Shown: one piece after another, positions 27,101 through 38,147 of the stretch
Layout: every line of letters starts with the position of its first letter
How positions within the stretch are numbered: the first letter of the stretch is position 1
Assembly (NCBI RefSeq): GCF_000143415.4
Contig: NW_003314321.1
Location: 506,236-570,235 of the forward strand
Direction: 5' to 3'
Origin: Selaginella moellendorffii
Lineage: Eukaryota; Plantae; Lycopodiophyta
Length of the DNA: 64,000 nucleotides
The notes under the pieces: generated by a model
Database searches by the model: none
Told to the model about the DNA's origin: nothing
Seen by the model: the letters and a program-made list of their open reading frames with translations, nothing else
Position numbers and translations under genes: made by a program

Positions 27101-27802
27101 TTCAAACCTGAACAAAATCACTACATTAAATAAAACAGAAAAGCGACCGAGAAAAGATCACCTTTGCCACTCCAAAGTTGACTTCGAAACCATTTCCACT
27201 ATTTTGGCATCCTCCTCCACCTTGGCAGCAGGCACAGGTGCTGGAGTTGCAAAGAGATCCATCCCAAAGTCGTCCGGTTCGACATCGGATTTCTGACAGA
27301 AAAAAAAGGATCATCCAGATTACTGAAAAGGACTCAGAAGCCAGTCTGAAACTTACAACAGGTGGACGAGCTACAGGAGCAGTAGCACTTGAATTGGGAG
27401 GCACTTTGGGCCTGCATCGAATAATTAGCGGCGCACTAGAAGAATGAAGAAAAGAAAAAGTCCACTCACGGGTCAAAAGCTTGTAAAACTTGTTTAGATC
27501 TAACAGCGGGAACACGCTTGATGATGACACTCGTGTTCCTTGGAACAAGAGAATTCTCATCTCGATATTCTACAAAAGACACATTCTCGTCAGCACGAGA
27601 GAAGCCCAAAGAATGGATTGAATCGCAAACCTTCTCCAGTCTGGGAGTCTGTAATGACAAGGTCGAAATCTATGGTTCTGTTGCTCGCGAGATTCTTGTG
27701 CTCCACAATCCGCTGCTTGAGATTTCGCACCGAGATGTGCAGGTCATCGAGGCTGATCGAATCGTATGCCACAGCGCTCCGGAACTTGAAGTGGACGGCC
27801 AT
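24131..27802 (-). CDS. DWNN - zinc knuckle - RING E3 ligase (RBBP6/Mpe1/PQT3-like), multi-exon
   Basis: MAVHFKFRSAVAYDSI (DWNN), GYVCHRCGQPG|HFIQQCPTNGDPNYD, ELRCPLCRSTFKDAVMIPCCQYSFCDKC, Pro-rich then RS/RE-rich tail. Confidence 0.93.
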
Positions 27803-27974
27803 AGCTGGATTAGCGCGGCGCCCTCGTCCTCGCCTGGCACACGCGCATTGGCATCGAATCGAAATCACGAGCCGGGAAATCCATACCTAGTCGCAGCTCC
27901 CACGCTCAATCTCAAACCCTCCCAAAGCCATGCCCTAGTGCCAAAAGCAAAGGATTCGAACCCCAGATCTTTAT

Positions 27975-30134
27975 ATGGAAGCGCATTTCCAAGACCTCAT
28001 CCAGTCGTGCGTCACTCCCTCCCAAGCGCGCCACGTCCATCGTCTCCTCCAGCGCAATGCCAATGCCCTAGAATCCAGATCCTACACTCTCCTCGCCAAT
28101 CGCGTCCTCCAGAATTACGCCAAGATGGCGAGCCCGATCGACGCGAGGAGGGAGATTTTCGACTCGATCGATCCCAAGAACATCTTCTCCTGGAACATCA
28201 TGCTCGCGGCATTCGCGCGTGACAATAATCTCCGCGACGCGCGCGCCCTCTTCGACGAGATGCCTCAGCACGACCTCGTGTCGTACAACTCGCTGCTTCA
28301 CCTGTACGGCAGGAACGGCCAGCTGGATGAAGCGTCCAGATTGTTCCACGCGATCCAACGGCCAGATCTGGTTTCCTGGAACTCCGTACTCCTGGCATTT
28401 GCCCAAACAGGGCATCTTGAAAGTTTAAGATTTTTCTTTTACGCTATGCCTGCGTGGAGCCTAGTAACGTTTACAACAATTTTTCTAGCAGTAGCACAAC
28501 AAGAGTATATAGAAGATGCCGAGAGCATATTTTGCAAGATGCCATGTTGGGATCTTCCATGCTGGAATGGTATGTTGTCAGTATATGCCCGAAGTGGGCA
28601 TTTGCAAAAGGCTGAAGATTTATTTGAAAGAATGCCGCACGGACATTCCTCGTGGAATATATATCTCGCACTGTATGCTCAGCATGGATCACTCGAACAC
28701 ACAGTATTCGTCTTTACTCATAAGATGCCACACTGGGATTTGGTTTCATGGACATCTATGCTAATAGCTTACGTCCGCTTTGGGGAATTGGAAGAAGCAA
28801 GACGAATCTTTGATTCCATGAAAACTAGAGACTTAGTCTCCTTTACAGTTATTCTTACGGCATATGCCGAGAATGGGAATCTTGAAAATGCTAGGAAGCT
28901 GTTTGAGAGTATGCCACAAAGAGATCTTATCAGCTACAACGCCATGATCTTCGCAAATGCCCGTTTTGGGAATATTTTTAATGCAAACATTCTATTTCGT
29001 GAAATGCCTTGTAAAGATATTGTAAGCTGTACAACCATGGTGGTAGCATATGCCCAAGTTGGGAATCATTCGGCGGCTAAAGCTATTTTCGACAAGATGC
29101 CCGTAGCAAGCCTCATCGTGTGGAACGCGATGCTCTTGGCATATGCCCGGAGCGGGAATATCCCCGAGGCTTGCCGCTTCTTCGATGAAATGGATGCAAA
29201 AGATTCCGTGTCATGGACGACCTTGCTGTGGGCATTTGCAAAGAGTGGAGATACAACAAATGCCAAAGCTTTGTTTGAGAATATTCCAGGTCCGTGTAAA
29301 AATGCGGTCTCCTGGACCATACTGTTGACCATGTATGGCAAGCACGGTCACTTTGAACGGGCCAAGACTGCGTTTGACCAAATGCCCGTGAGAACGTTGA
29401 CCGCGTGGAACACCATTTTAGCAAGCTATGCCCAGAGAGGGCATCTGATCGAGGCGAAGTCACTCTTTTCTGGAATGCCGGATCGCAATTTGGAGTCTTG
29501 GAACTCGATGATCTCTGCGTATGCCCAAACCGGGCATCTAGGCGATGCTAAGAAACTCTTTGACAACTTGTTGATCCGTGACACAGTGTCTTGGACTGCA
29601 ATGCTTGGCGCGTATGCTCAAGAGGGGCAGCTCCAAACCGGCAGTAAGATCTTCTCGCGGATTCCAGAGCGTGGCGATGTTGTGTGCTGGACTGTCATGC
29701 TGACCCTGTGCTCGAGAAGCCTGAGATTCGATTTGAGCTTCTACTTGTTTCATGCGATGGTGGTAGAAGGCGTAGAGCCGGATCCCCTGTGCTTTGTCAA
29801 GCTCATGGCTGCCTGTAATCACAAAGGGAGCGTCAAGACTGGCTGGAGCTACTTCACGAGCATGATTGTGGATTACCAGATGGAGCCGAGGAAGGCTCAC
29901 TACAGCTGCTTGATCGACTTGCTTGCTCGCGCGAGGCATCTGGATGATGCGCGGGAGCTCGTTCTCACCATGCCTTTCCATCCAAACACCTGCGACTGGG
30001 TCTGCATTCTTGGAGCGTCCAGGGGTGTCAGTGACGTCGGGAGCGGTCTCAATGCAGCTAGAAGTTTTTTCCAACTAAAAACGAAGAGGTCCGCACCTTA
30101 TGTGATGCTCGGAAACGTGTTGAGGCAAACTTGA
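27975..30134 (+). CDS. PLS-class pentatricopeptide repeat protein with E domain, no DYW (organellar RNA editing factor)
   Basis: 719-aa intronless ORF with ~31-aa S/SS repeats (D.VSW..ML.AYA..G....A..LF..MP), then HYSCLIDLLARA...MPFHP...W..ILGA...SAPYVML. Confidence 0.95.
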   Translation: MEAHFQDLIQSCVTPSQARHVHRLLQRNANALESRSYTLLANRVLQNYAKMASPIDARREIFDSIDPKNIFSWNIMLAAFARDNNLRDARALFDEMPQHDLVSYNSLLHLYGRNGQLDEASRLFHAIQRPDLVSWNSVLLAFAQTGHLESLRFFFYAMPAWSLVTFTTIFLAVAQQEYIEDAESIFCKMPCWDLPCWNGMLSVYARSGHLQKAEDLFERMPHGHSSWNIYLALYAQHGSLEHTVFVFTHKMPHWDLVSWTSMLIAYVRFGELEEARRIFDSMKTRDLVSFTVILTAYAENGNLENARKLFESMPQRDLISYNAMIFANARFGNIFNANILFREMPCKDIVSCTTMVVAYAQVGNHSAAKAIFDKMPVASLIVWNAMLLAYARSGNIPEACRFFDEMDAKDSVSWTTLLWAFAKSGDTTNAKALFENIPGPCKNAVSWTILLTMYGKHGHFERAKTAFDQMPVRTLTAWNTILASYAQRGHLIEAKSLFSGMPDRNLESWNSMISAYAQTGHLGDAKKLFDNLLIRDTVSWTAMLGAYAQEGQLQTGSKIFSRIPERGDVVCWTVMLTLCSRSLRFDLSFYLFHAMVVEGVEPDPLCFVKLMAACNHKGSVKTGWSYFTSMIVDYQMEPRKAHYSCLIDLLARARHLDDARELVLTMPFHPNTCDWVCILGASRGVSDVGSGLNAARSFFQLKTKRSAPYVMLGNVLRQT

Positions 30135-30939
30135 TCGCAGCTGTGCTGAAGGAAAAACAGTAAGCACCATGCATCTACAGAACTTCCAAAAACTTACAGA
30201 AAGCTCGAAGCTTCTCCTCCACGCATCTGGGTTGTACAAAGCGCTAAACAGGATTGCGATAAAGATGACAAACGTTTCGTACAGTTTAAGGACGAGCGTG
30301 TTGAGCGGAAGAATCTGCCCAAAATGAAGATTGACAATGCGACGAATTGACAACCAGGCGAGTGCTCACTCACCACCATTGATAGAAAAACCAAGTTGGC
30401 GCTCCTGTTTTCCGTTGAACCTTAACTCTTTGTTCTCTTGCTCCTTGCATAAAAAATTTTCAACGTTTGTAGCCGCCTTAATGCGTAAGCCTGTCCATTA
30501 ACAGGAACAGTGCGGGCCTATCGCTTAGTGCGCCCCGAATCTCCAGAATAAAATCCCTTCCTACTTTTCCATCCACTGGGTGAAAGAAAAACCCTGAGAG
30601 CGAGTGGGCGAGCGCGTTTTAGTGCATTTGGGGTAGAAACTTTGCCAGAAGTCTTACCTTGTTGTGGAAGCTCGAGTCAGATATGGATTTGGAGGAGTGC
30701 CAGCGAACGGTGTCAGTGTCACGTATCGCTTTGAAAACCACCCAGAGGCCGAGGGGCTGTCAAGAGATCCGTGTTGTTCTCGCCTTCCATTTCCTCAATC
30801 GCTGACAATCTAGTAAGAATTAGTCTCTTTTTTCGTCCAGCAACTTGAAGAGAGTGACTCTTAGAGGAGAAAAAAAAAAAGAGAGACTCACCGGTACTTT
30901 GCTTGAGATCGAAGCGCAAGTAAAGGAGGGGCAGCCAAG

Positions 30940-33000
30940 ATGAGCATGGATTCGATCACTGGCTCGCAATTCCTCTCCAATCTGTCACAGTGCTCGTCGC
31001 CGCGGCTCGAGTCGGACCAGATGTCCATCAAGTCCGAGGACGAGAACGGCGCCGCCACAAAGGTGAAGCTCATGTGTAGCTATGGCGGCCGGATCATGAT
31101 GCGCCCACACGACTCCCAGCTCCGCTACATCGGCGGCGACACCCGGATCCTCGTCGTCCCCCGGACGATCTCCTACGCGGATTTCTGTGTCAAGCTCGCA
31201 AAGATCTGTGGAGGCCGCAGCGTCCTCCCCAAGTACAAGCTCCCTTACGAGGATTTCGACGCGCTCGTCTCGGTCATCGGCGACGACGATCTGGAGGCGA
31301 TGCTGGAAGAATACGAGCGCCTGGATGCCAAAGAGGCCCCTTCCAAGCTCCGCCTCTTCCTCTTCCCAAAGATCCCTACTGCCGCCGCCATCGCCGGCCA
31401 GATCCCCACGTCGTCGCTGAGGTTTGATTCCAGGAACGAGCAGAGCTTCCTCGACGTGCTCAACAACACGATCCAGCAGACCGAGCAGCCCGACCAGCAG
31501 CAAGTAGTATCAGACGTGCCGGATTTCCTCTTCGGCCTCGAAGTGCCTGGATCGATCTCGATGCAAGAGGTGATCGCCGCCGCCGATGGCCCCGGCTCGG
31601 CAGTGGCAAAGAAGATCATGGAAGCCGATTCCGCGATGCAATCCGAGCTCACCCCGATCTGTACAAATCCAAGAAAGATCGACAGCAATCCTCCACAGCC
31701 TCGGCAGTACGATCCCCCTGCTGCTGCCGACGCCGCCGGTCCAAAACCTAGGCCAGTTTCGCCATTCCTAGCTCCTTCAACCGCGATCTCTTCAGCCGAT
31801 CCCATCTACACCCCACAGATCCAGCAAGCCAGGGCGCCACCGATCCAGCAGCAGCTACCGATCGGGCAAAGCCCCAATCCCCAAAATATTTCCTCGCAAC
31901 AGCAAATTTTGCCGCCCAGGGGCCCCAAGAAGGACAAGAACAGCTCGCCCAAGAAGCTCGAACCCAAGACCGGCCCCAGGCTACCGCCAGAGGATTCGAA
32001 ACTCTCCCATGTCGACAAGCAATCCAACGCTGCCACCGCTATGGACGCTCCCTCGTCCGCGTCATCGCCAGGTGTGGAAGGAATGGAGGCCCTCAAGCTC
32101 GTCGAGGCGGTCGCGGCAGCCATAGCCGAGAAGAGCGATGCTGACGAGGACAGCAAGGCCGTTGGCCACGACAGCCCTAAGTCCAGTTCACAGGACAACA
32201 CGTTACCGATGAAGGGCAGCCTCAATCTCAAGGAGATGAGCCTCAATGTGTTTATGGAGCAGCAAAAGATGGATGCCCAAGCTCAAGAACAGCAGCAGCA
32301 GCAGCAGCAGAGGAGGATGCAAATGCAGCAGGAATTGGAGCAGCAAGAGAAGCTGGCCAGGATGAACGAGTCCATGAAACTACAGCAAGCAATTGCTTTC
32401 CAGCAGCAGCAGCAGCAGCCAGAGCACAAGATTGCCCCCGCAAGGCAGGAATTTCAGCAACAGATGCTTCAGCAGCAGAACTTCATACACCATCACCAAC
32501 AGCAGCCTCAGGTTGTCTACTACAACCAGCAACAGCAGCCCTACATCATTGAGAACAACATGGTTTACTTCCTCACAGACCAGCAGCAGCAGGCAATGCA
32601 CTACATCCAACGGCCAGTGCACGTAAACCAGCAGCAGGCTCCCATCCAGATTCAACGGGGAGGATCAGACCCTCTGAGGCAGCAGCCGCAGCAGCAGCAG
32701 CAGCAAGTCATGCAGAGGCAGCTCAGCGCCGCGTATGTCGATCAAATGAAGCAGCAGCAGCAGCAGCAAATCCCCAGGATGATGTTTCCAGCAGTGAACA
32801 GTTCTTCTCCTGCCCAGGCACCTATTCCTGTCTCTACGATTCCTCTGCCGGTTTCAATTCCTATTCCACAACAGTTCGCTCCCGGTCTTGAGATCAGGGC
32901 AGCACAGCAGCAACAGCAGGGATTTGTGAGGCCCATTGATCAGGCTGGGATGGTTCTTGTGTCGCAACAGCCGCAGATGCCGTACACTCCTGCGCCATAG
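30940..33000 (+). CDS. PB1 (Phox/Bem1p) domain protein with Pro/Gln-rich C-terminus, paralog A
   Basis: KVKLMCSYGGRIMMRPHDSQLRYIGGDTRI...DALVSVIGDDDLEAMLEEYERL...LRLFLFP; polyQ tracts. Confidence 0.93.
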   Translation: MSMDSITGSQFLSNLSQCSSPRLESDQMSIKSEDENGAATKVKLMCSYGGRIMMRPHDSQLRYIGGDTRILVVPRTISYADFCVKLAKICGGRSVLPKYKLPYEDFDALVSVIGDDDLEAMLEEYERLDAKEAPSKLRLFLFPKIPTAAAIAGQIPTSSLRFDSRNEQSFLDVLNNTIQQTEQPDQQQVVSDVPDFLFGLEVPGSISMQEVIAAADGPGSAVAKKIMEADSAMQSELTPICTNPRKIDSNPPQPRQYDPPAAADAAGPKPRPVSPFLAPSTAISSADPIYTPQIQQARAPPIQQQLPIGQSPNPQNISSQQQILPPRGPKKDKNSSPKKLEPKTGPRLPPEDSKLSHVDKQSNAATAMDAPSSASSPGVEGMEALKLVEAVAAAIAEKSDADEDSKAVGHDSPKSSSQDNTLPMKGSLNLKEMSLNVFMEQQKMDAQAQEQQQQQQQRRMQMQQELEQQEKLARMNESMKLQQAIAFQQQQQQPEHKIAPARQEFQQQMLQQQNFIHHHQQQPQVVYYNQQQQPYIIENNMVYFLTDQQQQAMHYIQRPVHVNQQQAPIQIQRGGSDPLRQQPQQQQQQVMQRQLSAAYVDQMKQQQQQQIPRMMFPAVNSSSPAQAPIPVSTIPLPVSIPIPQQFAPGLEIRAAQQQQQGFVRPIDQAGMVLVSQQPQMPYTPAP

Positions 33001-33403
33001 GAACACACAGCCACCAAAAACGCGCCACAACGACAAAGTGAATAAGTGTATTGTAGCTTGATTTGAATTCCAGCTTTTGTTTGCACATGTTTTGGATGTC
33101 TTCTCTCTTTTTGTAATTGGAGGACATTTTCGCCCAAAGGAATCTGATATCATCACAAGCATAAAGAAATTTGTGGCTCTCCTGATTTTGAGTGAATTTC
33201 AAGTCTTGATCGTGTGGCGTTCTCAGGTTGGCCGCACGAGCAGTTTTAAATAAAGGTTTTCTGTCTATATCAAGATACATGTTCAGATAAGATCGATTTT
33301 GTAAAAAATTGATACGTGTTCAGAAAGTTTATAAACGCATTTGGTTATTTTTTTCGCAGGGTCTAAGTTTTAAATCGGTTTAAGTACAAAAAAGGAACTT
33401 ATT

Positions 33404-34336
33404 TCATAAGTTTGGATAATATTTGACTGAGATGGGAGACACATCACGAGATCTTCTACTCTCCCAAGAGTTGTTCACCTTCATATCATAAGAACACGTA
33501 AAACCATCTGAAGTTGAAAAATTTAAGTACTGCCCACTGCCTACTTCGAGAGCAAGTCCCACTGCCACATCAAACACTTTCTCGCTCACAAGTTTCACCT
33601 TGTCAGGAATCTCCCAAATCCTGACCTTCGTGCTATAAGGAGCATTCTCTATTATCACTACTGCATATAATTTCCTCTCCCAAGCTCGCAGATAAGTCTT
33701 GCAATCTAAGTTCATATACACGGAATATTTACACCCAATTCTCAAAGCCCTGTAAGAGAAACTGCCACCTTCTGTGTACATGATCAATCTCTCCTTGACA
33801 GTGTCCACAACAAAGATCTTATCGTCAATCATGACCGGATCAGTAGTGAACCCAGAACCCTCGGTCTTTGACCAGCACGTTTGACCTCGAGAAAATGTCA
33901 GAACCGAGCCGAGGTCTTCCCATGCAACGAGCTTGTAGCTCTCCTGATTGACAAAGATTCGAACCCTATGGTGGGAGGAGTGTTCTAGCATTGGGATTTT
34001 CTTCCACTTGTTGAAGAATGGATTGCCCACGTAGTACTGGCCTTCCTTCAGAGAGTACGCCACCATCAACCCTTGGTTGTAAGAGTCTACGCTCAAGAAG
34101 GCCTGGCCCGTCCAAAGCATGATCTTGTTGTTACTGTCGATTATTCTGTAAGTTGGGATGTCACTCTTCTCCATTTCCTCGATTATCTTGGCGTTGTCGC
34201 TGTAGCATCGCATAAAGCTGGGTGAATCCACTATTGATTTCCATTCCTTGCACACCAATCTTGAGGTGACCACACTGGAGAACGGGAGCCGCAGCAAGAC
34301 TAGCTCCAAAATCTCCTCTGGCAATAACCTCTTCAT
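33404..34336 (-). CDS. F-box protein
   Basis: LLPEEILELVLLRLPFSSVVTSRLVCKEWKSIV; YYVGNPFFNKWKKIP; intronless ORF. Confidence 0.88.
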   Translation of the reverse strand: MKRLLPEEILELVLLRLPFSSVVTSRLVCKEWKSIVDSPSFMRCYSDNAKIIEEMEKSDIPTYRIIDSNNKIMLWTGQAFLSVDSYNQGLMVAYSLKEGQYYVGNPFFNKWKKIPMLEHSSHHRVRIFVNQESYKLVAWEDLGSVLTFSRGQTCWSKTEGSGFTTDPVMIDDKIFVVDTVKERLIMYTEGGSFSYRALRIGCKYSVYMNLDCKTYLRAWERKLYAVVIIENAPYSTKVRIWEIPDKVKLVSEKVFDVAVGLALEVGSGQYLNFSTSDGFTCSYDMKVNNSWESRRSRDVSPISVKYYPNL

Positions 34337-34619
34337 GGAAAAGGAAAACACAACCCTAGCTTTGCAGTACCACCTTTTGTAAGGTAGCTTAAAGGGAAAC
34401 CTCTAAACGAACCTTTCTTTTTAAGACGTGGAATAAACCCATCTCACACTTCGTCTTCGTTTTCGCTCATCTTAATAAGATCCAGGCCGAGTTTCCCGGT
34501 TTAGCTAAACATCTTATGATCTGCACCTCCCCTCCTTGTAATGCCGAGCTTTGCAGAACAGAGCAAGCGATAAAATGTGGTCTTCTTTTTTGTAAGGTTG
34601 CATGGAGCTGGATGAGTGA

Positions 34620-35935
34620 TATTAGCAACCCTTCTCAAAGCTTGACGATCAAGGAGACATCATAGTCGTAGATCTTCACGACGTTTCCCTTAAACACCAG
34701 AATGCTTCCTGGCTTCACGTCTCAACGCAAGATGCCTTTCTGGTGAAGATGCGTGTGACCTTCGACTCCCTGGTACGCTCAGTTGAAGTTAAATCCTCTT
34801 CAAAGGCTCCCCAAATCCCTCAAACTTCAAATACTGAAAACACCCTGCCTCCACATTTCCCCAGTTCAGTAGTCGCCACAAATCAGGATGATCATCCAAT
34901 GGCACCTGTATCTCCTTCTCGACACCATTGCGCGCTCTGACATGCTGATACCGTCGTTCTGTGCTCCACGAAAACGAGCAACTGATACCGACCTCATGCA
35001 GCTGCTCCATGTATGCAACCAGGGTTGAGAACTTCCGTCTTGACGCAAATACTTACACCACCCAGAACCTGTCCATAGGCACAGCCTCATCTCCCTCCAT
35101 TGCAAGAGTGCATTGGAGTCAACTCCTATCAGTTGCGTGCTTCACTGAAGCCTGGAGCCTTCATCTTTCTGTTCACCAAAACCTGAAGATCTATGAACTC
35201 CTCGAATGAAGCCGCTTTTAGGAAACACAGAATAACAGGGTAGTAATCGCTACCCGCCACCTTAACCTCCCGAAGTCTAGCGGCCCGTATATGTGCAAGT
35301 ATAGAGCCATCGAGGCAACTAGAATCGGATCAGCCTAGCATTGTCTCTGAACCGGTTTGTACCTGTCGATTGGATTGTGTCTCTCAGTGGTGGGATCCTT
35401 CTATGACATATGTATTGCTTGGAGCCCACTCCTTGTAAGAGAAAAAAGAAAAAAGCATGGAAAACTCCACATTAATACCTTTAGGAAGGATCGAAGTGCT
35501 GCCCTGTGGAGTCAGAGAAATAGCCACCAGATGTGCAGGCATTTCCAGAGGCTTCATATGGATACGCCCCTTCTCATCGGTGAGCACCAAATCCCACAGC
35601 TCGTCGTCCTCCATGCCACCTCCCGTGAGTAAATAGTTATGTTTAAAACCTGCAAAGATCGTCTCCTGTATAAAGAGATTTATAAAGAACGAACCCGCGT
35701 TTGATCTGCGGCTGCCTTTACCGATGTTGCCAGCGTCGCCAACGAGCAGGCGAGATCCCAAAAGAGGCGCCGTTTGCCCTCCCGGTGAGCAACTGTTGCA
35801 GCTGGTGTTTCTAAAGCATTTAGTATATATCAAGCATAGACAAAACTTGAAGAAGCTTGTGGCGAGCATCAAAGCTGCAAAACACGAGGATATAATAGTT
35901 TTCCATGGATGATTTAAGCCTTGTGTCCTGCCCTG
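34620..35935 (-). pseudogene. Decayed atypical protein kinase gene (possibly Crinkler-type)
   Basis: HLHQKGILR*DVKPGSILVFKGNVVKIYDYDVS (~34654-34755) is a degenerate HRDxKxxN...DFG. Upstream EKEIQV...LWRLLNWG...YLKFEGFGEPL. Residual minus-strand splice sites. Confidence 0.65.
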
Positions 35936-36312
35936 CAAGAGTGAAACATGAGTTTTGCAATGCGACGAAAATGCACAACTTCACCAGACGAAAAAGCCAA
36001 GGTACCACTCGCTCCTGTTTTGCGTTGAACATCGCCTCCTTTTATTTAGCTGCGCAGCCCTGTCGTTTATCAGCTCCAACAGTTCAGTCCTCCACAATAA
36101 ATCCCTTTACCATATCAAGAGCGAGCGAGAGAGAGAAGTTCCAAGTTTTCATCCATCCTGAAAGTTCTTCGCTTCAAAGAGAATGGTTGCTAGCTTTTTG
36201 AGAGTCAGTCACGCCGTCGCTCGTCAGCTTCACTTCGACTAGAAGAATCTCCTGCTTAGTTAGTCCAAGCACAAGAGAGCAAAGGAAAAAAAACTTCACT
36301 CACCTTTGTAAG

Positions 36313-37713
36313 ATGGATTCGATTTCTATGAATGGTGCGCACTTTCTTCTTCCCAATTCCCAGTGCTCATCGCCGCGATCAGACCAGATGTCCGAGGACG
36401 AGAGCACGAGGGTGAAGCTCATGTGTAGCTATGGCGGCCGGATCGTGATGAGCCCACACGACTCCCAGCTCCGCTACATCGGCGGCGACACGCGGATCTT
36501 CGTCGTCCCCCGGACCATCTCCTACGCGGATTTCCGCGCCAAGCTCTCCAAGATCTGTGGCGGCCGCAGCGTTCTCCCCAAATACAAGCTCCCTTACGAG
36601 GATTTCGACGCACTCGTCTCGATCTTATGCGACGACGACCTGGAAGCGATGCTGGAAGAATACGAGCGCCTCGACGCCAGGGATTCCCCTTCCAAGCTCC
36701 GCCTGTTCCTCTTCCCAACGATCCCTGCCGGCCACATCCCTAGCGCCGCATCGAGCGAGCAGAGCTTCCTAGACGCGCTAAACAACAACGGGATCATCCA
36801 TGAAGAGCAGCTCCCAGATTACCTCTTTGCTAGCTCCACCACTCCAAGACCTAGGCCGGTTCCGCCATTCCCAGCTCCTGCCATCGCGATCGATCCCATC
36901 AGCATCGCGCAAAACCCGATCATCCCCCAAACTATTTTGCAAATTTTGCCGCCCAGCCCGCTCGAGAAGATGACCGGACCGTCCACGTCATCACCGTGTG
37001 GCCAGGTCAGCCCTAATCCACAGGAGATGAAACTGGGAGATTTGGAAGAGAAGCCAGGCAAAATGAATGAATCCAAGAAAGCATTCCAGCAATCATCCAT
37101 ATTCCCAAAAAATCTAGGAGAGCAGAGGATTGGTGTAATGAGGCAAGAACTTCCCATTAATTTCTCACACCAACCCCACCACCAAAATTTCTTGCCCCAT
37201 CACCAGCAGCAGTCCTATTTCACTGAAGGAAACATGGTTTACTTGCAGCAGCCAGTGCAATACATGATCCAACAGCCAGTGCACGTAAATCACCACATGA
37301 AGATCCAACGGACGGGGTCAGACCCCATCAAGCAGCACCACCAGAACCAGCAGCAGCAGAAAGTCATGCGAAGGCAGCTCAGTGCCACTGATCTAGATCA
37401 GATGCAGCAGCAGCAGCCACAGCATATTGATCACCAAGTCCAGCAGCAGCCTCTGATCATGCGGAGGCAGTTCAGTGCTGCTTATCTCGATCAAATGGAC
37501 CAGCAGCATCAGCAGCAAGCCACAGTTCCTGCTATGCGGCGGCAGTTCAGCGCAGCTCATCTAGATCAGATGAAGCAGCAACCCAGAATGATTTTTCCAG
37601 CGATTAACAGCCAATCTCCTCCCTGTTTCTACGTTTCTGGTGCGGTCGCTAGCCCGATCCATCAGCAGATCGATCCTAATCTTGATCAACACAGTGGCAA
37701 CAGGGATTTGTAA
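36313..37713 (+). CDS. PB1 domain protein, paralog B
   Basis: PB1 domain nearly identical to paralog A; shorter Q-rich tail. Confidence 0.92.
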   Translation: MDSISMNGAHFLLPNSQCSSPRSDQMSEDESTRVKLMCSYGGRIVMSPHDSQLRYIGGDTRIFVVPRTISYADFRAKLSKICGGRSVLPKYKLPYEDFDALVSILCDDDLEAMLEEYERLDARDSPSKLRLFLFPTIPAGHIPSAASSEQSFLDALNNNGIIHEEQLPDYLFASSTTPRPRPVPPFPAPAIAIDPISIAQNPIIPQTILQILPPSPLEKMTGPSTSSPCGQVSPNPQEMKLGDLEEKPGKMNESKKAFQQSSIFPKNLGEQRIGVMRQELPINFSHQPHHQNFLPHHQQQSYFTEGNMVYLQQPVQYMIQQPVHVNHHMKIQRTGSDPIKQHHQNQQQQKVMRRQLSATDLDQMQQQQPQHIDHQVQQQPLIMRRQFSAAYLDQMDQQHQQQATVPAMRRQFSAAHLDQMKQQPRMIFPAINSQSPPCFYVSGAVASPIHQQIDPNLDQHSGNRDL

Positions 37714-38147
37714 GGTTTCTATTCCTTAGCAGACATTAGGTATGTAGGCACGCGAAGGCAACAAGTAGAAAGTCACGGCTTTGTTTCGGATTGCGTGTTT
37801 CAGATAATTGTTGCCTCTCGCGTGCTGCTGGAAAAGAATCGATTCGTCACGATGATTATGAACTCATCGAATCTCATCCTAATCGATTAGTCACAATGAT
37901 TATGAACTCGTTTGGTTTTATAAGCACTAAGATTCAAAGACAAACCGCTAAAGGATTGGTTTGCTAACATCACAGACTAACCTGTGGCCCCTCCCTGTAA
38001 GCCTTTGACCTCTTCAGGTTGGGTACATTCTCCTCAGACAATCTCAAAACACTTGGAGGTCAAAAACGAGTGTTTTGCATTTTCATTTGCCATTATTTTC
38101 CATCCTTTTACAATTTGGCATATTCTTTTAGGGCTCTTGCGCAAATT

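Noticed and set aside
37838-37910. ~44-bp spaced direct repeat, considered as snoRNA
   Set aside because: No convincing C/D or H/ACA box pair.
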